A DNA stretch of 61,108 nt, counting the filler, from Asterionella formosa (lineage: Eukaryota): the NCBI GenBank assembly GCA_002256025.1. It is 5 parts of 5 records of this genome, joined end to end, with 100 filler letters (N's around TTAATTAATTAA, not from the genome) between each part and the next. Parts side by side here need not be neighbours in the genome. Positions count along the whole stretch, not along the records: positions 12,253 to 24,399 come from NKIB01007771.1; positions 24,500 to 36,648 come from NKIB01007772.1; 3 more parts are not named here. One strand, 5' to 3'. Numbering within the stretch: position 1 is the stretch's first letter; each line of letters begins with the position of its first letter. The notes beneath the pieces were generated by a model that was not told the DNA's origin, did not search any database, and saw only the letters and a program-made list of their open reading frames with translations. Positions 13,352 through 24,960 of the stretch are shown here, one piece after another. A program made the translations under genes and the position numbers.

Positions 13352-14741
13352 ATGGCTACTGAAAAGATGGACTTCTCAACAAAAGGAAACTCAAAGGAGG
13401 TGCCGTTGTTCTTACGAAGTAAGTCATGTTTTATTCGAAGGAGTCAAAGATACAGCTAGATTACCGGTTTACATCGTGGTCAACCCCCTGGCCATGTCGG
13501 ACTTGGTGTACTTCGAGATGCGTTTCGCTTACAGTGCTCTGTTTTTTCCTCCAGAAACATATCACATGATTGATTCATGTGATTCTAGTGTGGCGTGCTG
13601 GTCAGATGATGGAGAATCGTTTATCGTCAAGAGCACAGATCACTTCGAGAAGAAAGTCATTCCTGAATTTTTCAAGCATAGCAAGTTTAGCTCCTTCGTT
13701 CGTCAACTCAATTTCTACGGTTTCCGCAAGATTAAATATGCGGACACAATCAAGATCGATGCAAAGCTGGAAGCAGAGACTGCGAACTTTTGGAGGTTCC
13801 GGCACGACAAGTTCCGTCGCGGAAAACCGGAATGGCTCATTGAGATCAAGCGATCAGTTGGAGCTCAAAATCCTCTAAACCCTACTATTATCAAGCCAAA
13901 GCCTATCATTCAGAACGTCGAAGATACAAGTGGTCTCAAAACGGAAGTCACTGTTCTCAAGAAGCGAATCGAAGCGATGAGCAAGAATATCGACGAGCTC
14001 ACGTCACTAGTTCAAAAGGTCACATTAAAGCAAGATGATATAATGCCGTGTGTTGACACGGCAGAACTTGGAACCAAGCGAAAGAAGGTCGATGAAATAC
14101 GTCCAGATAGCTTGGTTAGTAGCATGGACCTTGAGGACTTCTCCGTCACTCGAGAACTTGCCTTTCCTCTGCTGCCATTGGAACTTGGTCGACGATCGAC
14201 ATCTGAGACTTCTGCTATTACCGACGAGGACTTTGTAGACCATCTCTTTACTGCATTCGAGGATGAAAGTTTGGATGGAATGCTCGATGATGTACCTATA
14301 GCCGCACTGCCACAACAGCACACATCGATGGCTTTGGACAACGAGAATGATCCCAATCCCCAACTTATGCGCAAGCTATCTGACGCCCTCAAGCTCCTCC
14401 CGTCAGAAATGCAAGAGATGATTGTAGATCGACTTGTGGCGTCTATCATGACCACTGATTCGTTGCAGAAAAACGTTACCGCCGCGTCGGCGTTGTCCAA
14501 TGCTTCACGAGAGACTCGACCCCTTCAGTCGGGTAGGTCTCTGCCAGTTCAAGTCCCACCTTCTCCAGTCATGGAGGGACGACCATCCCCCGATCAGCAG
14601 CAACCGCAACAAGTTTCCATGTCTTTGGCTGCTGCCACTTTGGCCGCTCTCCTCACACATTATAGCACCACACATGCTCTCAAGGACAAAGCTGTTGTTC
14701 ACGACAAGGCCCTGCCCCCTGTCGTCACAGTACATGCCTAA
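13352..14741 (+). CDS. HSF: Heat shock transcription factor (exons 13352-13418, 13555-14741)
   Basis: An intron at 13419-13554 restores PLFLRK|TYHMID. HSF DNA-binding domain FKHSKFSSFVRQLNFYGFRK, followed by a coiled-coil segment. Confidence 0.93.
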
Positions 14742-15172
14742 GGAGCTTGGGAGCACTTAAGAATGATTCTTTTTTATTTTAGAAACCGGCAACTACAATG
14801 CGGTTCCATTGAAGGTGTGAAGAATCGATGGCAAGCTATATAGAACGGCCCTAAATAACTGCTTGACCCAAAGCCACGAAGGCGATAGATAATTGCATTA
14901 ATTTTTAGGATACAGCCATGTGTACACATCAACTCCCTTGCGGCATCTACTTGTCACCATTTATCTTCATGTTTGAGGTAGTATACCGGGTTGATGATTA
15001 GATTCTATGCACTTTTCGATAAATACCACAAGCCAATTCTGTGATTGAGTAACATGCCGCCTCCTCCGTTTCTTTGTTCTGTGACATAGTAGTGATACTT
15101 CTCACGTCGAACACACTCGCTTTCTGGCGACATGTCATAGTAAGCATATCGGAAAAGTAAAAATTCGCGCAA

Positions 15173-16609
15173 TTAGTCTACTAAGTAGAAACGACAAGCC
15201 TCGTCACAGACCTGATCGGGCCCATCACTTGTGCACCAACGAAACAGTGCTTCATCGGTTTCTGTGTCATAATCCATGTCCGCAATATGTTCAGGGTGAC
15301 CTTTTCTTCCAAAGCACCTATTTATTTGCGCCACAAGCTTGTTATATAGCGGGCTTTTTTCGGTCAAGACCTTTGCGCCATGGCCGGAAAACACCAACAT
15401 GTCTTGGTCCTTGTTTCGGACCACAAGATAATCCACGAGCGACGAGTCAGTCAAAGCTTCTGCCAGCGTTGCAGACATTCGCAGTTGGCTCCAAGAATTA
15501 CGATTACTCCATTCCTTAACTTTATCGAATAGAATAAGTTGCAGTTCTCGGGGACCAAGAGGAACAAAGGGAGCGACGGCGTGAAAGTATTGAGTGAGAT
15601 CCGCCTCGAGTTCCACGTCAATTTCGTGGCGGAGTGACAAATCTAGTTCTAGTCTCGACATGGGTATTGTTTGCTTGAGGCTCTTGTGAATGGTCTTGGA
15701 TCCAGTATATGTAGTCGCAAATACAATCATTGTTGATTTGAGTTGCCGAATGGATTTGAGGCAAGAGCCGAGGATAAGTGACGAAAACTGCTCCATATGA
15801 TGAAGGATAATGACTCCTCCCTTTGGCCTTTTCTTGGCATACTGATAGATGATAGCTGTGGGATCCTGATCCGAGCCCTTTGTGTAATCATCTCCACTTA
15901 GCAGCAGGATCTCCATTTGTGGATCCGTGTTGCAATGCTGAAAGACAATCTTTGCAAACTGCCTGGCTGTTTCCAACTTTCCCACCCCAATTGTCCCACT
16001 ATGGAGCAGTAACAGAGGCCCACTTTGGTCCCAAGCATCAAACGCATCCGAAAGAACCGATCTTGCCGCCGGTTGGCCGACAACGAAGTTCCATCTTATG
16101 GATTCTGGTAGCTTCATAGAGCAGGGCGGCAGCTGGAAAAACTCAGCAAAGTCGTCGTAAAGGCCCTGCCAACACCATCGTCCCACGTAGGGGATCGTCG
16201 ACAAAAGAGCAGTTGAAGCATTCCAAAGCCTGGTTATTTCCAGGTCCAAAAAGCCTCCCCAATCCAAATCTTGGTCGTGACGCTTTGGGGGAGCAGGCGG
16301 ACCATAGCGTGCCACGAAGTGTGCCGATATCGCAGCCAAGGCAATCCACCACCAAAAGGAAATTGCTCGCCTAGGAGGAGGCGGATAGTAAAAGTCACGA
16401 GGGAAAATGATGTGGCCATTGATGTGCGGGTGCTGAACGAATCCATGGGTAGCCGCAACACCGAAGCATTCCATCGATTGAGCACACGACAAAGGCTCGT
16501 CTGGCCTTGCTGAGGAGGGCACGAGTGCTTGTTGGGAGTTTGTTTTGTCGACATCATCGTCGTCAGATTCCTCGTCATAGTCATCAATGGTCGGACGAAA
16601 GCGCCCCAT
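15173..16609 (-). CDS. Membrane-anchored torsin-like AAA+ protein with degenerate Walker B
   Basis: TM segment (ISFWWWIALAAISAHF), VVGQP, GPLLLLHSGTIGVGK (Walker A), APFVPL, and FSGHGAK resembling the torsin FSxxGCK sensor-II motif. Confidence 0.7.
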   Translation of the reverse strand: MGRFRPTIDDYDEESDDDDVDKTNSQQALVPSSARPDEPLSCAQSMECFGVAATHGFVQHPHINGHIIFPRDFYYPPPPRRAISFWWWIALAAISAHFVARYGPPAPPKRHDQDLDWGGFLDLEITRLWNASTALLSTIPYVGRWCWQGLYDDFAEFFQLPPCSMKLPESIRWNFVVGQPAARSVLSDAFDAWDQSGPLLLLHSGTIGVGKLETARQFAKIVFQHCNTDPQMEILLLSGDDYTKGSDQDPTAIIYQYAKKRPKGGVIILHHMEQFSSLILGSCLKSIRQLKSTMIVFATTYTGSKTIHKSLKQTIPMSRLELDLSLRHEIDVELEADLTQYFHAVAPFVPLGPRELQLILFDKVKEWSNRNSWSQLRMSATLAEALTDSSLVDYLVVRNKDQDMLVFSGHGAKVLTEKSPLYNKLVAQINRCFGRKGHPEHIADMDYDTETDEALFRWCTSDGPDQVCDEACRFYLVD

Positions 16610-17106
16610 GCCTAACAGAAATGTTTAGAGAGTCTTGACCTTTGATTGGTGGGAGCACACGTGACAAATACTGGGCTCTATCACCGGTAGACAGATGCGG
16701 ACCTGCATTCCAACACCACTGCTAATGAACAAACCGACGAGAATAAAAATTACAACACATGATGATCAATCGTGCAGTCAAATGATGGTGGATACCGGTA
16801 CCTAAGAATAATCACCAGTGCCGTTACCGGTAGTCTACCACTCATCACAGGAAATCTGTACGGTGATATAATTATATAACTGTATATACCAGTGTATGCT
16901 AGGGACAGGGTATATTGAAATGCTACGTACCTGGTAACAGGGTACCGGTACATGATTTCCCATCCGAGAACACTACATACCGGTATACAACATCTATACC
17001 GGTATATCATATATCGGTAATTGATACTTCCTGTGCAAATAAATCACCTGCAACAAACAACCATGACTTTCGTCGGAATCTAAACCTATCTGTTGGCACA
17101 TTGAAC

Positions 17107-19877
17107 ATGGCGTCAGCGAGCAATATCACCAACGATGCGTTCCCTTGTGGGTCCACGGTTCCATTTCCTTTCGAGCATCCGTATCCTCAGCAAACAGCGT
17201 TGATGGACGCCATGCTGAAGGCCTTGGAACGGAAGCACAGGGACAACTCAAAAGGTGCGGCTATCATGCTGCTGGAATCTCCAACAGGAACCGGCAAGAG
17301 TCTGTCACTGGCATGTGCTGCCATGGCGTGGTTGCGGCATACCGAACAGGCTGACTTTTCAGGCTCCAACGAGGCGGAGACGAAACCACAGGAGATTAAC
17401 AGTGGGATAGACTGGCTGGACTCATGGGTTTCTCCCGAAGAGACGGAACGCATCTACCAAGAAAAAGTGGTACGCCAGCGAGCTCATGAGTTCAGGTCCA
17501 AGCTCAAGGCGGAGATCACTGCCCTGCAAAATAAACTTGCCCCCGACAATCTACGGGAAAGACGAGAAAATCTGGTTCGATCCGCCGTTACGACCGCCAA
17601 AATGTCGGAACGAAAAGTTACGCGAACGATGAAGAAATACTCAAAGTTATCAAAACGAGAAGACTATTGCGTTGGAGAGTATCGATCAGATGCTGAAGAC
17701 CGGGACTCAGACTTGAGCGACACAGAAATGGGAAAATGTGTGGAGTCATCGGACCTTTCGAGCATATTAGACGGAAGAAACTTAGACGGATCAAGCGCCA
17801 CGCATGGAACTCTTTCCATCGGACATGTTCAGCCCGGAAGTGGATACCGAAAAATTATTTACGCCGCTCGAACTCATTCGCAGCTATCGCAGTTTGTAGG
17901 GGAACTTCGCAGAACCTATTGGGGCAAAGATGTTCGTGTAGTTGCTCTTGGAGGAAGGCAGGTGCTCTGTGGAAATGCTACTATAAATAAGAAGGGTAGA
18001 TCTGAGGCATCAATTTCGGAAGCTTGCCTTGACTTACAAAAGGAAAAGAACAAATGCTGCCCACTCAAAATATCGAAAGAAGCTATCTCGACTTTGGCTC
18101 TGCATATGGTAGCTTGTCCATCTGACATTGAGGATTCGGCCAGGTTGGGCCAAGCCTCTCATACATGCGCATACTATGCGTCAAGAGTAAGTGACTCATT
18201 TTCTGTCCTTTCGAACTCGACTTCTCGTGAATTAATAACCGTTTACTGCAGGAAGCACTTGCCACTGCTGAGGTGGTTGTAATGCCCTATAGTATGTTGC
18301 TATCAAAGGCAGCTCGAACGGCTGTTGGGCTATCTTTGAAGAAATCGCTTGTTCTCGTCGACGAAGCACATAATCTTCCAGAGGCTATCCGGACTTTGCA
18401 TTCGAGCAGATTAAATTTGCCTGTTACCGAAGTAGCTTTGGAGCAATTGACTGCTTATACTCAGCGCTATGCCTCAAGGCTTACTGGGAGGAATCTATAT
18501 TACTTGGGACAGATTCGAAAATGTTTGCTGGCCTTCATTAGGTACCTGAAATCAGGTCCGAGTCAATCGCGCAAAATGATGTCATCTGGAGAGCTATTGA
18601 TTGAATTGAAACTTGATAATGTGAACATTTTCAAAATTATTCGATACCTGGAGCACTCTCGCCTTCCTCAGAAGTTGCTAGGTTTTACTACGGTAATCCT
18701 AGATGCATCTAAAGAATTGTCCTCGGCACCTGGGGAGAATACCCTATCAAAACATGTGTCTGCACTCTCTGTTGTACAAGGGTTTCTCGAGAAGCTGACT
18801 TCTACAACCAAGGAGGGTAAGGTTGTGACAGACAGGCCAGCTGAAGTTGTTGATACTGATTCGCGGTCAAGGACCATCCAACATCCAACATTACGGTTTG
18901 TATTGCTTCATCCCGCTGCCCATTTCCAGAACGTTTTGGATGAAGCCCACGGTGTAGCACTGGTAGGGGGGACATTAAAACCGTTTGCTCATGTCGCTGC
19001 CGAACTCCTCGGCATTGAGCACATTCAAGAAGCTGCGAAAGCCGACAATGCCTTTAACAAAAGCACATCCACAACCCTCGAAACTGTTTCGGAGACTTTG
19101 ACAACTTTTGCATGTGATCATGTTGTGCCATCGTCGAATATTCGGCTAGAATGCATGACAGTGGGTCCAACAAACCAAAAGCTAGATTTTCGTCACACGT
19201 CGCGGACAGCAAATGTCGTATGTGATGAGCTTGGGCGAGCCATACTCCAGGTCTGTATGAAGGTTCCTTCAGGTATGGTAGTCTTCTTGCCTAGTTATTC
19301 GTATGAGACCCATTTGGTCCGACGTTGGAAAGCAACGGGGATTTGGCAAGACTTCTTACAACAAAAGAGTGTCTATCGTGAACCCAAGAGCTCTCAACAA
19401 GTAGAAGCAGTTTTGGATGCATATTCTAGAGACGCCCAATCGAAAGGAGCGATCCTGCTTTCTGTAGTTGGGGGGAAGATGAGCGAAGGGATCAACTTCG
19501 CGAATGACATGGCTAGATGTGTCATGGTAGTGGGTCTACCCTACCCCGATATAACAGACCCTGAACTGAAAGAAAAAATGGCAAATATGGACCAGAATGC
19601 TTCCCATTTCAATTGCGCCACCACTGGGCAAGCATACTATCATAATTTATGCATGCGAGCAGTAAATCAGAGTGTTGGGCGGGCCATTCGACATGCTGAT
19701 GACTATGCTGCAATTATCCTCGCAGACGCTAGATATGCCACTGACCAACGAGTTTGGATGGGCCTCCCCACATGGCTTCGGAGAGATGTCTGCCAGTCGT
19801 CCAAAACATTCAAGGCAGTTGGATTAAGTCTAGATTGTTTCTTTGGTTTGAAGCACTCTTTCACGGTTTCGCCCTAA
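17107..19877 (+). CDS. CHL1: DDX11/CHL1 Fe-S DEAH helicase (exons 17107-18186, 18252-19877)
   Basis: PYPQQ Q-motif, LESPTGTGKSLSL, ARTHSQLSQF, Fe-S cysteines, VDEAHNL, SVVGGKMSEGINF and MRAVNQSVGRAIRH. A 65-bp GT-AG intron at 18187-18251 joins the two ORFs in frame. Confidence 0.95.
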
Positions 19878-20000
19878 AAACTTTTGGCTTTGCGCTTTCT
19901 TTGATTTGAAAGCACCATTTCTCTCAAATAATCTTTCGTCTGGCTCAAGAGTACAAGCATTATGTGTTCCCTATAATCTTAGTATGCGACACTGCAGTAA

Positions 20001-21335
20001 TTAGCTATCATCGAAACGGGCGACATGGGTTTTTTTGCACTTGCGAGGTTCAGACTCTTCAGTTATCCAGCTTCGCCTCGTTCCGGCACAAATTTCAGAG
20101 GTAGGATCGTCCTGGGCTGGGTACGATGCAGTAGCGGCAGGTACTGTCATGTCATCATGATGCGTTCGCATAGACCCCTGCAAGCTCAAAGCGGCATGAG
20201 TCAAGGAGCGCAGCATATCAGGCGCCGACGAATGACTACCAGCTATTGCTTCGACACCTTTGGTGGCGATAAGCTGCTGAACAAGACCAGCAAGCTTGTC
20301 GTACTCAACTGAGAGGTTTGTGATGCGGCGATTATAATCGTATGACATTTCAGACAAGCGCCTATCGAAATCAACTGACATACATTGCATGTGATCCTTC
20401 ATTCTGCAAATTTCTCCGCGTAAGCCGTCTACGTCGTCCTTCGACTGCATCTCTGACTTTGTGGCTCGTTTGATTTGACCCAATAGTTCTGACTGGCCCT
20501 TCTGAAATTTTTCGTGGTAAAATCGGACGTAGCAAGCCGTTCGTGCGTCAAAGTCGGCAGTCAAGATCGGTTCAGCTTTCAACTTGCGAAATCCATAAAA
20601 ATTGAGTTGTCGGGCAAAAGAAGAAAAATTTGAATGCTTGAAGTACATTGGAAGGATATCCTGGGCAAACTTCTCTACGTTCTTGACCACAAAATTATCC
20701 CCAGATGGACTCCACGTGGCCACAGTTGGATCACATCGATCAATCATGTGATAGGTTTCTGCACATAGAAAGCCAAGTCCGGGGCAAGAGAGATATTGTT
20801 AGTTCCTCTGCTTAAGTATTGTGGTAAAATCAAATTTGTGGATTGACATTGCTGAGTTTCACCGTCCATGACAACCTCGTCTCTCCACTTGGTAAAACCA
20901 TCCAAATCAGACCATAACGCAGAATAAAGAAAGTGCAGAGTTTGTTCTCATCATTTAAATTGAAAAATCTGTGTAATTAAGTCCCTAGTTTTGGCGTGTG
21001 CGCGAACTAGCAACATCGTGGCAAGGTAGCCAATGAAATGATTAAGGGACGATGAAGTGCTTGTATTCAGGGCACTTACTGGAAAGAAACATTGGCAGCT
21101 GATGTTGCTTCGGACAGCATTTGCTAGATAACTGAGCTAACTTTTCCTCTGTGCTACTTGCGCTGGCAACTGAGGCTGGCGGTGGAGAGCAGGAAAGCGA
21201 ACAGAGGGCCTCGCACGTCATTACCGTGTTTTCAGCGCACTCTCCGGATTCATTCAAAAACACATGCTCCACCTTGTCATCGGCACCAGGGATTGCCCTG
21301 TCGTTGCTGCCCTTCTTGAGGGGTGTGTTGCTCAT
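20001..21335 (-). CDS. HSF: Heat shock transcription factor (exons 21335-21080, 20758-20001)
   Basis: An intron at 21079-20759 restores LPMFLSK|TYHMID. YFKHSNFSSFARQLNFYGFRK with a downstream coiled coil. Confidence 0.92.
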
Positions 21336-21989
21336 GATATCATGTAATACTTACTACAATTTCAGACTTCAGAAGCACCTTGCTTGCGTGAATGATGGTG
21401 ATCGCATTCCTGCACAATTATTTTGCAACATACATGCATACGGCGAACAGCGAACAACGAACAACGAAGCTTCCCCTGAATTCTCAGGAAGTATAGTGAA
21501 TTTCTTGATTCCGGGTCTCTAACACGCAATACTGCAAGGAATGGGTGTCAATTGTTTTTCTGATGAAGCAAACGGACAACGTGAGACAGGACAGGCGCTA
21601 AAGTTCAATCTTTTCTGTACCATCTAAAAAAATTGAATCTTCACAGAGATACATTTCGAAAAATATCTCAGCTATGGCAAAACAGTTAGCCGTTTTTTGA
21701 CATTTGCAATGACTAGGGAGTTTCTTGCAGATCCATCTGTTTATGCAATCTCTCAAATGTTCCTTGATGCTATGAACTCCTGCATGCACAGCATTATCCT
21801 ATAAATTCCCCGCAACAAACAAAGAGAAACAAAAAGTGATGAATGGATTTCTTGAAAAAAGCAAGCAGCAACTATTCTGTGGATGCGTTGGGTATCATTT
21901 ACATCTTTACATTGAATCTACTTTGCTGTACATAGTTTTAATATTACATTACGCCCAAAGGCTATATCAGCACTGGAGTACCAGAATGG

Positions 21990-22760
21990 TGGTTATAATC
22001 TTGGTTCATGATGATGGAAGGCAGGATGAAACTAGTACTGGCTGATTTTATTTATTTGCATGCAGTTCATCTAATACATTTTTGGCTGGCATGATTCTAC
22101 GAGACTGGCATACTCCAGCAAATCTGATGGAGGTGAGTAAATTCAATTCAACCAATCAGAATATGTGTAGTGACACAGCAGGTCTTACCAAGGAGTCTTT
22201 TTGGATAGAGAATTATGCTGCAAAACATACCTACGCAAGAATCGAAGTGTACAAGAACATTTTTGGATGTTCAAATTCCGATTCTAATATTTTGGTGAGC
22301 AACTGTCCAGAAAAGTCAATCAGGTCGACTTTGGAGGAGGATTGCTCTACATCTGTGATGGGGTTTCATGACGATTAAAATATACAGCATGTACCCTATC
22401 TTATAACGTCATGAGTTAACTTCTGGAGAAAAAGTGCAGTTATGTATCGTAGATTTTTTACAATGCTTCTTGATAGCCCCTTTTTTTTGACTATTTTTGG
22501 GATAGTTACGAATCTACAATACATAACTGCACTTTCTCTCCAGAAATGAGGTCCTTACCATATCTGAAGGTAGAACATACCCTCAAGTCGAACAATGACT
22601 GTATCTAAGGATATGCAAAGTGGTGGTATTGGTGAAAGCTAATTTTACCTTGAACTATTTTATTTAGTTGAAGGTAATGTGTTGATTGAGGTACATCATA
22701 AAAATGTTTTGGGAAAAAAGACCTCACAATGTGTAATTACTGGGCCACAACCATAATGTA
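21990..22760 (+). repeat. Unclassified dispersed repeat, copy A, with a long hairpin at 22421-22545
   Basis: Colinear similarity to ~31470-32380 and ~41690-42200. 35-bp inverted arms at 22421-22455 and 22511-22545 with 2 mismatches. Confidence 0.75.
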
Positions 22761-22804
22761 CAGCACTATACATCGATCTGTACCTTATATGATTGTGCTC
22801 ATTA

Positions 22805-23786
22805 GGGCCGTTCTTATCATTCTGTCACTGGTCGTCATTGGTGTATCATCTCCGGGTTTGGTTTCGAAAATGGCATTTAGTATCATATTTTTGTATCACC
22901 AACGGTTTTTTTGTCTGATCACCGGTGTATCATGGGTGTAGCACTGATACATTTTTGTACTCCTGACCAATGCTGTATCAGTGATACAGCCGTTGATCGC
23001 TGTGTATCACGTCCGTTGTCACCGATAAAATAATGCCAGTAATACTAGTAACTGTATAATTTAATTTGTTGATGGGAATGCAACATGAAAACACCACTGT
23101 TGCAATTGATTGATCTAGCTAATGGCGTCTATAATATAAATTCTAGCCTAACACCAGTTTTGCATGCCCTTTTGTCATATTATAGTATCGTTGTACTAGT
23201 CGTATTGGTGGTCATAGCTTTAGTCGTTGCTGGAACAAATCAATAGTTCTATTTGCCTTCCTATAAATCAAAGAATATTCTTTTACATTGTAGATTCGTA
23301 ATTTCTCACGCAATTTTAAAGTCATTTCTATATTCCTTTTTCTGTTGCATCGTTCAAACAAAGATATATTAAACCTCAACGGTGCAGCGTCTTATTTCCC
23401 ATTTTGATGGAGAAATGGCCGATTATCAAGAACATAGTCAATGTGTTAATGACAACATGTTGATGAGTCTCCCAGTACTGGTAGCATGTACACTACATGG
23501 GCTCCATCACATGATATATTTGTTTTATTAAATTCCGATTTTCTAGGCTATGCATATGCATATTACTGCTCAGATATATTTAGATGTTCATCGCTGGCCT
23601 GTCGTTGCCACTGACGATCCATGTTTCTACACCATGATGATATGCTGTGATACAAAGCAATTAGTGATACAATATCAAGTTTGGAATGAATGAAATTCAG
23701 TTCAAATCGAGTTACTGTCATTGCTGATACATTTTCCAAATTTTTCAAATTAAGTGATACACAATGAAAAATGATAAGAACAGACC
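22805..23786. mobile_element. Complete PIF/Harbinger-type non-autonomous element (MITE), 982 bp
   Basis: 17-bp TIRs GGGCCGTTCTTATCATT / AATGATAAGAACAGACC (15/17 match), flanked by TTA on both sides (22802-22804, 23787-23789). Subterminal TGATAC motifs at both ends; no long ORF. Confidence 0.85.
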
Positions 23787-24719
23787 TTAGGGCAATTGAG
23801 CCAGAGAAAGATTTGACGCAATTGTTTTCGCCCAGAGGGAGTACCACATAACAAGGACAACAATGGTGATGCAACAATCATACACATTGCGGTTTCGAAG
23901 AATTGAATATGGAAAAGGGAACAGAATCTATCAATGGTATGTTGGGAGTTTTGGTAAAAGACTGTTTTTACTTAAAGGAAAACACAGCTAAATTTCCTAT
24001 TTACTGCAACTTACTTCTTGGTAACTGGTATGAGTTACCGGTAATTAGTACACAACACATGACAAATAGCAGAGGAATATTGGAGTATGCCTCTGGTAGC
24101 TATCATCATTCCATGGTGAACAGGAACAGTACCTGGTAGTGTAGTGATGACATGAATGACCAATGCATACGTATGTGGCCAAACTTGAGTGAATGGATTT
24201 AAGGGAGGCTGCCTACTGCTAGTACCAGCAATATGTATTTCCAACAGGGTAGGTAATAAAATTATAGAGCACACATAAGTAGAAGTGGACAATTGATAAC
24301 TGTTTTCCTCTGTGTCCGGCAGCATATGCTTTCGTCAAGATATGTTCAGTGCTTGTTTATATTTTTTGCTTAGTAATAAAGAAGACAAAGCTCAATGGAN
24401 NNNNNNNNNNNNNNNNNNNNNNNNNNNNNNNNNNNNNNNNNNNTTAATTAATTAANNNNNNNNNNNNNNNNNNNNNNNNNNNNNNNNNNNNNNNNNNNNA
24501 GCAAAATTACATTACTTGAACTGGTACATTATCCTACCAAGAAATTCGAATACAGGAATCAAATAGAAACAATACATATAATAATTAAATATATGTAGTC
24601 AAAAGGGTTACTATTTAAATTACAAAGGCATTTATCAAAATTATTAGATGATATAACGAAAAATTATGATCAGATGATCACAATCCTATGATGCATCATG
24701 GAAATATGATAGTTTTTAT

Positions 24720-24960
24720 TTGCAGACGTAGAGTGCGAAGGTAGCAGTGGTTGTGAGCAGCTGGAGAATCCTGCATCATGTTGTCTCAACCTTGACCATG
24801 AAGAAAATAAGAATTATCTCCACGAAAATTGAGAACATCGCTTTGCTGCTTGCTGCAGACGTAAAGCACAACATTGAAAATGCAATGATGAAAGAAGTAA
24901 AGTAACAACACTAATAATGACAACGAAAATTGAGATTGCCAATGGCAACATGAAGTCGCG
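24720..24960 (+). repeat. Dispersed repeat, similar to ~47140-47370
   Basis: Shared blocks CTGGAGAATCCT.CATCA, TTGACCATGA.GAAAATAA..A.TATCTC.ACGAAAA.TGAGAA and CTAATA.TGACAACGAA.ATTG. Confidence 0.7.

Noticed and set aside
13200..13554. Long N-terminal extension of the HSF ORF in the ORF track
   Set aside because: Read-through of 5' UTR and intron; the spliced model from ATG 13352 gives the canonical HSF start. Similar over-extensions affect the ORFs at 16915, 37060, 42587 and 53106.
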